From NCBI GenBank assembly GCA_025201805.1, contig MU619241.1:11649-75648 (forward strand): a stretch of DNA of 64,000 nucleotides. Direction: 5' to 3'. The position numbers and the translations under genes were made by a program. Position 1 is the first letter of the stretch, and each line of letters opens with the position of its first letter. Source of the stretch: Parasitella parasitica NRRL 2501. Its lineage: Eukaryota; Fungi; Mucoromycota. Under the pieces are notes generated by a model. It did not search any database, was not told where the DNA came from, and saw only the letters and a list, made by a program, of their open reading frames with translations. Shown in pieces: positions 13,093 to 24,831 of the stretch.

Positions 13093-16000
13093 AAAAAACG
13101 TGCTTGTTTATAACAAACGTGAATATAGTATAGTATCAAGCCTCTCTTTTGCTCGTAGTTACTCTCTCTCTCTCTCTGTCTCTCACTCTCTCACTTGTTC
13201 TCTGCCTGTTGCCATCTCCTTAAATTATTTATATCAGAAAGCTCCCCTTTTAATATTATACAACTATGCTACGCTATCACTCCTTTTTCTATCATCTTAA
13301 TTAAACGAATCATATTTCATGATCTGCCAAGAAACCACGTAAATGTAGGCTATTAAAGCAGAAAAGAATAAAATATTTTACTTGGCAAAAACAGAATGAT
13401 ATTTACCGAGACGGTATGCTCTTTGCCACTTGCAAATGTAGTGTATATATAGAAAAATATGCAAACTATCATTGGTCACTTGTAGGTCTGCTATAGGAGT
13501 TAGAGATATATTTATAGTATGTATTGTGTATGATTGTATAAATATACAATTCGAATCTGGCCCACGTATTGTATAAATATCAGTCAAGTTTAGGCGTCGT
13601 TAAAACCATTTATCAGAATGATATTCACCAGGCATGACAACATATTACAGGTATTTCAGACAAATGATTGAATCAATGTGTACTTCTAAATTTGAAACGT
13701 CAAAGCGCCGGCGCCTATTGCCATTGTAGGCGATAGATCCCAATCAAGACTCTTCCATCTTGCTCACGATGATCAATATACATTAGCATGTCGAAATTGA
13801 CAACACCTTGATACGATGCGAGCCCAGTTGTAAGAGATGGGGTCCCAGCATTAAATCAAGGGTTTTAATAGCAAGTAAATTAAAAGGATCTACATGATTA
13901 ATAAAAATCAACATGATCCTTCTACTTGGACAATGGCTCCATCACCATGAAAACATACACAATCTCTTTTTGAATGAGGACAACGAATGATCCGTGGTTT
14001 CCACATTTGTATATATTCCCTGGTGGCTATTTTGTTATTGTTACAAATATTTTATAAATATAGCCTGATCCCTCCTTCCTCCCTCTTCCCTTTACCCCCC
14101 TTAAAATATGCATTAGGCTACTGGAGTCTCCTTAAAAAACTATAAAATGCCACGTTTTTTGCTCTTGTTATACAAAAACGACACAACATCCTGATGTTGT
14201 ATCGTATAATTACAAAATAAACAGGGACCCTCTTTGTGTTCATGTAATATAAATAAACGTAAGAACGCTAATGAACGCACAAACATGTAAATAAAGGAGT
14301 GATGCATTAAAGACATTTCGTAAAACCGCGATTACATGATTTACCGATTTCTTGTGTATCGGGCCGAATCTATATTGTGATACAGCACGTCTGAGTGATA
14401 TGGATGCTGATGTTGTTGTCAATAGCCATCGTAACAATATCATACGATACCTTCTTATTGACATCGCTTGCAAATATAGTAATATACCACTACTGTTTGT
14501 TTGCTTCTGATTTGCCAAGACATACTTTTTTTTTTTTTTTTTTTTTTTTTTCACACAACTGCTATTGACATGACAATCTCTCCCTGTCTCACTTTTAAGT
14601 GGTATCATCTGCATCATTCGATACAAATCATTTTATCTTTGATGGTATGCGTATAAAAATACAATACTGCAGCACTTTCTTGATCTTCTGCATGAAATTG
14701 TCACACGGTACCAAATTATGTATGTGTGTGCATGGATTTGTATGCCAAAATCTTAGGATTTTATTCCTTTTATGCACCGTGGAACAAAAGAGAATCATAC
14801 AAGGTGTGATCATCCAAATGAGGGTGCAAGATATGATACGAATGTGACACTTTGATTGTCTGCTTCAGCTTGAGGTTCTCGTCTATTTTCAATAGTTTTG
14901 GTCATATTGTACACTGTAATTTATCTTTTCTAGTCATCACACTGCATAAAAAGGGAGATTAGTCAACCATAACTTGATAATCGGTTTCAAGAAAATCGTT
15001 TCCGTTACAGTATATATTCACGTTCATTTAATAGCCTCATTATGTATATGTGTAAGTAATATATGACAGCGAAAACACAGAGCAATATTATATCAAACCG
15101 TTCCTGAACAATGTCAAAAATATAAAATAATGAAAAGCTTAGCATTGTCTGATTGCGCATGCATTAAGAATTACTGCACGGGTCTATTTTCACATATGTT
15201 GTGCGGCGATACTACATAAAGTAGCCTTGACCTAATTTACAATGCTGCGCCATTTAAGTGCTGATTTAGAGTGGGTATATGTAGTTGTACATTATAAGCA
15301 TTTTCAGCTATCATGATCGTTGGCAACAGAGCACATATTGTGTTACATTCATGTAAATGACTGGTCATTTGCACACCTATGTTGGCTCATTTCTCATTCA
15401 CTATATTTCCGCTTCCATATTATAATAGTGCATCTCGGTTTTCAGTCAAACTTTATCCATTGTGCAGGCACATTCGAATCTAACATGACGCACTCTGAAC
15501 TTATTCTGGTTTCCTCCTATTGCGTCTCATGCGCGGCACATCAAGAAATTGGTCTATTTTTACAGTATAAAACGAAATCATACTTGAAGTTTTACATTGT
15601 CGATCTTTAGAGATAATCCAAATTGATGACAGGCTGTTTATAAACGCAAATAATAATTATATCTTTGTTTTGATGGTGATTTGAGTTTTTCAATACGATC
15701 TCGTCACTCGTGGAGATGGTCCCAGTCTTTCCTTGAAATTGACGCGCTCCTCCTTACTCTGATCCCTCTCGCTTGAGATCTATGGCTTGATCTTGTTGCG
15801 CGGCGTCTCTGGTAAGAAACTTATTGCTTCCCTATCTTGGTGCCGAGATGTGAATGAGCCTTATCAACCCCATAGGCTTTTGTGATACGCTTCGGTATGG
15901 GCTTGGCACCCTGGAGAACTGTTGCCGCGAACCTCCTCCAGGGAATACCCAGGCTTCCGAGTCAAGCTACTATATATTAACACGGTATTATTCAATGATT

Positions 16001-16815
16001 TTCTTCCATATTCTCTAATTTTTTTTTTTTTTTTTTTAAATGAGTTTTATTTGTTGCACGTAAAGATGGACTTACAGACCATCAGAAGCGGTGCTCAACA
16101 ATGTGAAAATATGGATAAGGGTAACTATACGGAAAAGAAAAGGATAAAATAAATCTAAGATAATAGCGCGAGGAGAAGAGGGAAAAGAATATAAAATGCA
16201 TCTAAAACTGTGTCAATTACACAGAAGATGAAAACAGAACATCTTCTGATTGCATTTTAAGAACTGAGTAGCGGAAGGATTTATTTTCCTTTTTGCTCCT
16301 GCTCCGATCCCGACCCAAGATTGTCTTATTATTCCCTTCGCCACTGTAGAGGTACAGTGGTAGTACTTGATAAGATGTTTTGACATTTTCATGTTTTAAA
16401 GGATTTTGTTTTTATACTTTGTTTAACAACATCAAAGAATTGGACAAAAGCAATTTAGTAAAAATCAATAAACTAGTTCGGTGGGGGGGGGATGTTCCTT
16501 ACCTCATGGAAAACTGTGAAAAAATCACTGAAAATTTTCAACTTTCAAAATGCGATGTGATAATGTAGCAGAATCTTTCCAGCAATCAAGAGAGATGGTT
16601 TAGTATACCTGTAAGCCTCAAAGAACAGCAAAGATAAGTGTAATACACCTTTTTAGTGGTCTTCACATGCTAATGTTCATCATGTCAATGACGTTTAGCA
16701 TACATACTCTAATATGTAGCAGTTAGATGTCGAGAGAAAATCAACGCCTTTTAATTTATTTATATGATATATGCAAGAAAAATGTGAGAGGGATATACGA
16801 TATATGTTGTAAATA

Positions 16816-19800
16816 TTAGTTGGGTTTGGATTTTGTTACATAATTACTAGGAAATAATCCAGAGACTGGGTTGCCAGCGCCGTCATCTTTATAACCCATC
16901 CACCAAACATTATCACTTGTATCAGTGACAACGATAGGTGTTTTTGCTTCAAATGCTAGCTCGCCAAACTCTTTGGCATCAAAAGGATATCTGGCGTAGA
17001 ACACTTTGGGCGAATCTTCAGTAGCAGCTACTGATTTCTCATTGTTTTCTAAAGCATGTGCCATGAGAGTAGCGAACGGTAATCCCAAGCCCGAGGAAAA
17101 CCCGCTTGAATGTCTGTATCTGGCTGTCGCTGTATCAGACATGTCCATGCTTGTTTGTCCTCGCTGAGGTGAGCCGTTAGCAGAATCTAAAGCAGTAGAG
17201 TATCCAGTAGTTTTCGTGTCTGCTTGCTTGTTCATGTTTGATGCGCTTGCTGCAGTGTCCATAGAAGCCCCGGGGGCAGCAGCAGCAGCAGCGTCATTGG
17301 CGTCTAAATTGGCAGCATCCACCATGGCAAGTAAACTAGTCGGCCTATATTTGGGCTTCCACTCCTTTATAGGATTGGCATAGTACTTGTGAGGATTGTT
17401 ACGACGCTTCAGGAATAGATATACAAATGCACAAGCTACGAGCAGGAAGAGGATACCGAGTGATATAGCAATTGAAATTAATATGACAGCTGGCACGGAC
17501 AGGTAACGTCGGTTCTTGTAAGAAGCATTGCAGCAATCTGAAGCAGTAAATATTTGATCGACACGCCCCGCTGCACCAACGTTTGTAGCACTGAGCAGAT
17601 AGGGATGCCAAGCAGTACCATCAAACAGGGCAGCGCTGCAGCTCGTGTTGGAGTTTGGCAGTACAAGGTGGCCAGCAGCCATCAGCATGGATTGAGAGTC
17701 TGCAGGGTAGCGAGAAACGGAACGAGCCGAAGCGGGCTCGATGGGCATCCATAAAAGTTGGTTAATGACTGAAGACGCACCAAGGTTAGCCTCAACTGCA
17801 GAAAAGACTTGGCCATCCCACATTGCAACGTAAGTGGCATTGTTCCTTGTTCCTGAGATTATAAATCGGTTGTTGTTGTCATATAGTAAAGATGTGGGCA
17901 AAGGGAATCGATCGTCTGGTGGAGCCGCATTCCAAACAGCCATGCTAGACGATGTGTCAATGCTAGCTAGCGGTGTGCGGGCGCTTTGATTGATCGTCAG
18001 GTCGCCAACCACTGTAAGCATTCGGCTGTTACTGTCTAGATACATATCGTTGACAGCGCCTGAAACGCCCTGGTTGGGCTGTGTCCATTGTCTAGTGTCT
18101 ACAGAAAGTATGCAAATGCCATCGCAATTCAACATACCAGCAAAAGAGAAATGGCCACCCACGTAGATTGACTTTGCGTCGCCTTGAGGATAGATGGCAT
18201 TGACGAGGCCAGGCTGGTGGTTGCTGTCAAACACGCCAGCTATTGCTTGCATTGTTTGGCTCTCAAGATTGTAAAAAGCAATACTAGTCGCTGTCATGTT
18301 GTCTGCTGCAGTACCATTGAATTTCCCACCTATAAACAGGTTGTCTTGCACGACTGAGAGAGTAGTGATGTGTCCTTGTACGTGCTGTAATAGTCCCTGC
18401 CATGCTTTATTGCGATATATGACAAGCGGATAGCTGGTGTTGTTGATGCTGAATGCGCCTGCCAATATGACACATGTTTCGGTGTGTGATCTCCAAAAAG
18501 CCCCTGTGTGTACCACGGCATTGGGGTCAATCTCTGTGATTGGCGACATCACGCTGTTGCTGGCTAACGATGCCATGTTGCTGGCACGATACGATTGTGC
18601 ATTTCGAATTGCGCCGAGGTAGAGTGTTGCAGTGTCTGAAAACTGGACTTGGTTAGTGACACGACCAAGGATGTATGAGGTAGGTGCAACCCAGGATTGC
18701 GTGGATGGGTCCCATTCAGCGTTATTATAGAGTCCTGCGCCACTCGTGGTCGAGTTAAATGAGCCAGATAAATGAATGTGCTGATCTCTAGTGGCATACA
18801 GGGCGTTTACATGGCCATTCACTCCCTTTTTTTTTTTTATTCATTTTTGTGAGCGAGACGAAATTGAATTATGAGCTGTGCTTACCTGATTCATTGCAGA
18901 CCACGTATGCGATTGCGTATTGTAGATGGCAACATGGTTCAAAGTGTTGTCAACCTGAGGGACCGCAGTGTTGTTGAAGGCGCCGGCTACGATCAAATCT
19001 AAATAGCGAGGGATTAATATCCTTACATGTGGTGATCACGAAGCAAGGTTTACCTGAATTATTGGCCAGCAGTAAGCTGTAGACGGCACCGTTGACGCCG
19101 CCTTGTGTCAAAGGTGCAAAAGCACTGCTGCCAAAATCATACGCCACAATGTTGCTGAATGCTGTTGTGTTGATCATATTGAACTGCCCGCCAATGTACA
19201 GTGTGTTTTCAACTGATTTTAGACTGTGCACAACGGAGCCCACGGGCAACTGCTCTGCCAGAGCGGTCCATGTATTGTTGCTAGGATAATAGTTCAAAAC
19301 GCTGGACAGCATGGCGCCGGCAGAATTTTTGACAAATTCAAGCGAAGTGCCCATGATGGTGATATTGGATAAAGAAGATGTTGTTGCAGACGGGTCGACT
19401 TTCATGACGATGGAAGGCTGGAACGTGCTAGATGAGGCTGATACTGGTCCTGTGTAGATCAATGTGCGTTCATCAGACATGATATTCTGGTCTAGTGCAT
19501 ACGTCGTGGTGTTGCCGGGCGTCAATTCGATCGTCAGTTGCATCAGCACGCGCTGATCACAGGTGGCTGTGCCTACACATCCAGGGGTGGTGGCATAAAT
19601 CTTATAGACGCCTTGAGCAGGTATGTAGGGTTTGTAAGTAGCAGAAACATCGGTTGTATGCAGCTCTGTTGCAGGCACGACAGAGACCAGAAATGTCTGG
19701 TAAATACCCCAGGCGTACTTTTTTGTCCAGGTGCCAGTTGTAGACACTGCCGAGGAGGAAGGTGCACTATCGCCAATAGCGTCAGCAGTAGCAGCCGCGC

Positions 19801-21003
19801 AAGGGGAGCTTGTTACTGAGCTGTTTGTAACGACATTTGGCTGCAACGTTCCATCAGAGTGGAAGATGCTGACACCACCCAGCCCACCAGCAGCACCGTA
19901 CCATGTGTCGATGCTGATTCTAACCCCACTCGTGGAGGCCGTATTCACTACAGTAAAGTCCTGAAAAGACACATTTGGGTCACTGGACAGCGAGCATTCC
20001 TCTGAACAAGTTACAATCTGGTTTGTAACTGGATCTAGGTACGACAGAGTAAAATACTGATTTGAGCCGAGAGAAATGATGCTATTTTTTTACAGGTTAG
20101 CTTTTTTTATGACTGGATACAAATTCAACGACTTTTTACTTGCTTGAATGTGTTTGTGTTCTTTCCGTCTGCTGAATGCACGTTTGACAGTCGGAACATG
20201 GACGGCTGGATAGGGAATACAAACTGAGCCTGCCAGTAACCAGTGTTGCCGTCTTGCAACAGCCAAGGTGCTTGGTTGCAAATAACGCTTCTCGGATCAG
20301 AGCTGGCAAGGCCGTTGCCGCTGGAGATAGTAACTGATGAGTCCATGTTGACCATCTGCGTTGTCCACGAAGAGTTTGCATTGGCGTACTGTCCGTCTCC
20401 CGTAGAGTCAAACTGGCCGCCAAAGATGATTGAGTTTTGCTGGGTGTTGTTAATGATCGAATAGACTGGGCCATTAAAGCCTTTCCATGGCAAAGGAGAC
20501 CATTGATTATTAGCATATGATGCAGCATGACCCGAATACTGCGAGACGTTGGCATTTATTGGCGCCATGAAATCGCCACCCACATATATTGCGTCTGCAG
20601 TGCAGTAGATGGATCTTACAGCGCCGTCCAAGCCTTGACCTAATGTCGAGAACTGACGTGATTGACTGCTGAACCGAGCAATGTGGTTGTATATTGTCTC
20701 GTTGATCGTAATAAAGTTGCCAGCCAAGATAAACTCGCTATCAGTCAGTTGGCAATACGTCTCGATTGATCCATTTATAGTGGCGAATGATTTAAATATG
20801 GCAGTGTTGTCTATAATTTCAGACAGAATGATTGAGCTGCTATACAGCGTTTCAAACTGACTTGGTTCCTTGTATGGTGATAGACCAGCATAGTCACCAG
20901 CGAATCCCAACTGTCCTCCCACTAAATCGAGCTGAATTTCAGGCAATAAATTATCGGCCACAACTGCGACTATGAAATAAAGGCACCATAGTTTCAACAC
21001 CAT
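16816..21003 (-). CDS. RAX2: Rax2 cortical polarity-marker type I membrane protein with a C-terminal SH3 domain, 4 exons
   Basis: Signal peptide MVLKLWCLYFIVAVVA is followed by GQLGFAGDYAGLS, repeated beta-propeller-like IYVGGDF/IIFGGQF/LYIGGQF units, TPGCVGTATCDQR and FDGTAWHPYLLS. The TM helix is VPAVILISIAISLGILFLLVACAFVYLFL and the SH3 reads ARYPFDAKEFGELAF...WWMG...GLFPSNYV. Confidence 0.88.
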
Positions 21004-22017
21004 GACCTTTTTTAATGTATAATCTATCAAGCGAGATGTGGAAATAAAAGAGTTTAAAGAAAGAAAAAAGAAAAAAGAAATGGAAAGCAGGGAGAAGAAA
21101 GGAAGGAGAAGGGGTACTTTGTTTTTTTTTTTATTTTATTTTATAGTACAATCAATCAATTAATTCACGGAATAGCTTGCTTCTTTAAGAAACCTGATGA
21201 CTGCCGCCGTTGATTAGAAAAAACTGTGCTGGCTTGATGGATTTGACATGACAAGCTGTCAGCTTCTTGCTCGATTCTTGTATATTTCATCTTTTACTAA
21301 ATACACGCCAAATCCTCAAATCCTCAAATCCTCAATGCCGACGCATAACAAATCTGTGTATACGGTTTCAAGCACAAATAATCTACCTTGCATGTAGCGA
21401 AATGTAGCCTAGACATAAAAGATAGTTCAAGAGACCTTGGAATTCATGTGACTCCATGATTGTTCTACTAGATCTTCGATACACGAATCTCTTGAACGCA
21501 TATAAATTACTCTCAGATCATGCAGAATTTTGCTGGACGTTCATTTTCCTGGAATATTTGGGATGAAGAGCATAACGATTCTTTTATGTCTCTACCCCTA
21601 AATTCACTAAAAAAAATACTTGTATACATTTCGGCCACAAAAAAAGAAAAAAGAAAAAAGAAAAAAAAAAAAATAGAGGCATTTTTCGTTGTAGCCCAAG
21701 TCGAAAATTAGCCAAATTTCCCTTTGCACTGGAGTATTCGTTTCGTGTCAAAGTCAAGTCAATTTTTCTGTAGAAAATGTTCAATCTAATGCTCCACCCC
21801 ACATGTCTTATTGTGCTTTGCATGTCTACATAATAAATGGTTGTGCGAAAGCTCGGTGTAGATTTCCTGAAATCACCATTCCGTTGTTAAAATTCAATTC
21901 TCCTCGTCATCAACATCAGTAAAATCAATGCTTTGTCACATAATACCATGCAGTTGGCTGTGTAAATGCGGAGCGCACTCTAATCCAATTTTTATTATTG
22001 TCATGTACGTGCATGGA

Positions 22018-24386
22018 TCAAAATATTTCAGCTCCTGTGTGAGCATCGTTTGGGTGAGAGCAATGCTCGTCCACATGCGTCAACTGCTGATTCGTATCAA
22101 TCGCAGCAGTTGCGTCGTCGTCGTCATCGTCGTCGTGTTGATCTTCTTCAAAGAACCATTCCACCTGTTGAATGATAGCCTCAATGATTTTGCTGTGAAG
22201 ATCTGACATCATGATACTGCTGAGGTCTTCTTGTGCAGACCTTAGTAGACCAACAGAGAAAATCAGAGCAAGATTTGATGTTTCCATCTTGTTGATTTCG
22301 GAATAGGAAGCTACCAGGTTGAGATGGCGCATTAAATATTGCAACACAATATAGTTGGGCGTCGGTAAGCTGTGGATGATAGATTTGATTTGAAACATCC
22401 GCTCTTCATAATCAGATATTTCTATAAAAGAGGCTTTAGTATACCAGCTGTGATGGACAAGGTACCATGCTACTTTACTTGCTGCCTCTATAAACCAGTC
22501 GTAGTATTCATGCGTCATTAAAGGATTTCGAAGTTCACGGAAATAAAGCTTTAGTAAACCAGTTACAGTATTAATATCACCTTCTTCTTGTAGTGGTACA
22601 TTCTCTCCTAGTATTCACAGCGTTGTCAGTTATGTCATTATTCGGCTGTTGCTGTGATATCCCTACTCTTGTTGAATGTGGCTCTATATTTTTGTATTGC
22701 GGAAGCAGGACCTGATAATCTATATATACCAACTGATTGTAATCCTCTAGCCTCTACCTGCTGAATGCATTGCGATACTATATGAGGTATATCTCCGTTG
22801 TCTTCCATTCGCAGATAGCCACCGAAAACATCGTTCTCTATGCAAATGACATGAGCCCTAGTAATGCGATTGTACCTGCTTCTTTACCTCCACCAAGCTG
22901 CGTTTGACCGTATACATATTTTGGCTCAATCTTGTTCACATTGTTTTCATTACCACTGCTTCGATTGTCTGGTTTTGACGAGAACCAGTTGCCCCGGCTC
23001 CTTTTATCGTCAGCATGCTCCTTGGTCATTTTTCGGTTCACCTTCATTTGGCCCTCATCGAATGTAAGAGTCTTTAGCAGCCTCATAATCTCAGTTTCTC
23101 CATTTTGACCTTCTTTGCGTGCAATCAGTTCTCGCATAATCGCATCTAGCCATGATGAGAATTCCTTGTCACTCGTTGTTTGTATGTACAGCTTGACTTT
23201 TTGAGGCGTAGAGATGATAAACACATGTTTGCGTTTGGTATCTTGTTTTCCAGCAGGATCAATTTTGCACGATTCGAGATCAAAACTTCCCACAGGAACG
23301 TGAGATGGAGACGGTTTCTGTTACCGTTGTGAGTCATTTGCTGCTACAAGCTCGTGGGCATAAAGTGTGCGTATACATTACTTTGCTTTTGACATGTCCC
23401 TCCTTGTACAAGAGCAGAAATCCATTAGATAACACTGCATAATACACTTTCCAGGAGCTTAGTTTTCCTCCGTCTTCCTTGTCAGAAATCATCTTCATTT
23501 GAATATATCCCTTGTGTCTGATCCAATCTGTTTGCAGCCTGTCAAATTCCTATAGAGCAGTTGGTAATACGATTACTTGTTTTCTTTGCCATGACTATAT
23601 ACCAATTTCTGCAGATCGTTGGGTTTCAGCCCTTGAAGAAAGGTTTCTGTGCTATTATCACGCTGAGGCAATGGAGGAGGGGCTTCTTGACTCGGCTTGT
23701 CCCATCGAGATTCGCCAGTTGCCTCACTAAAGTAATAGATGGTTCCCTCAGAGTCTACATCAAGTAAGCGTGAGCAATTTATATGGACGCGTTCTTGCTA
23801 AAGCTTACCAAATGCATGCTCCCATCCTGTAGGCAGAGGAAACTCTTTGTTATCGGCGTTGGATTGGATAGATGGATTTCGTTTTGCTGGCACACGAGGA
23901 GGCACATCACCATCTTGCACTATTGATAGCATGGTATCTGCCTGAATGAATGACAGTAGAAAAATTAGTATTTGCTGGTTTTGCATTACTGGTTGGCTTT
24001 ACGTTTTCTTGAGCTATCAAGCAAAATAAGATTAGCACACAAACTTTGTATTTGACGGTTATTAATACGATACCCAAGTCTTTGGTTGTTTCTAGACGTA
24101 TTCTATTTGCAGGAAAGAAGCCGATTTCTTCATTCAATTCGCCTGGGTGTGTATGTGTGCTTAGTACGGTTTGATATAAAACAGCTTGCCGTCAGCTACT
24201 CGTATATACCTTCCCACCTTTTGCAAGAATAACAAGAGTTAGGTTCATTCGCAATGCAATGCTTTACATCTCGTACCAGTCATCGTTATGCTTTTCTAAT
24301 AATTTTATTCTGTCACCTTGCTTGAATGAAAGCTCAAACTCGCCTTCTGCAGCATAGTCCCATACAGCAATAAGATACTGTGTCAT
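22018..24386 (-). CDS. Rho GTPase-activating protein with SH3-WW-PH-RhoGAP architecture (ARHGAP9/12/27-like)
   Basis: After splicing: SH3 (IAVWDYAAEGEFELSFKQGDRIKLLEKHNDDWWEGELNEEIGFFPANRI), WW (LPTGWEHAFDSEGTIYYFSEATGESRWDKP), PH (HKGYIQMK...SWKVYYAVLS...EFSSWLDAI) and RhoGAP (RGLQSVGIYRLSG; LLKLYFRELRNPL; NKMETSNLALIF). Confidence 0.88.
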
Positions 24387-24831
24387 TATTTACTATAAAT
24401 GCTTGAGTAACAAAAGAGTTGATTTTATCCAACAACCTGCAATATTGGAAGGCAGCCCCTTTCTGACCACAGCATTCATTATTTCTGGATTGTGTCACAT
24501 CACAGCCCCTATAAGCAGGTGTGGAGTCTACAGAGCCTCCCATGTCAATTAGAGCTTTTGGAAAGAGGGATTATTTGTCCTGTTGGTGTGTACTTTTGAG
24601 AACATGATGATTATCGTTTTGAGTTGATGCATGCAATTTGTGAAGCTCATGGTATAAAAATTAAAGCGTAACAAGCGTGGTTTAGCTAAGCGCAAATATG
24701 AATCATGCAGTTGCAACGATTTCAAATGTAAGGAAATCCTGCTATTAGGAGAGGCATCTTTATTTTTTCATATTCGATCAAGCGAATCACAACAGGAAAT
24801 ACTATAATATATAATCGAATATTGCAAGCTT

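Noticed and set aside
13049-13300. Poly-Lys ORFs (also 14240-14626 and 21520-21711)
   Set aside because: They are translations of non-coding poly(dA/dT) tracts.
15716-15725. ATGGTCCCAG, identical to part of the HDV genomic ribozyme
   Set aside because: There is no downstream TGGGAC partner for P2 and no P1/P3 pairing, so this is a 10-nt coincidence.
21194-21220. CTGATGA...GAAA, a hammerhead-like core upstream of RAX2
   Set aside because: There is no stem II complementarity between the two motifs and no stem I/III closure.
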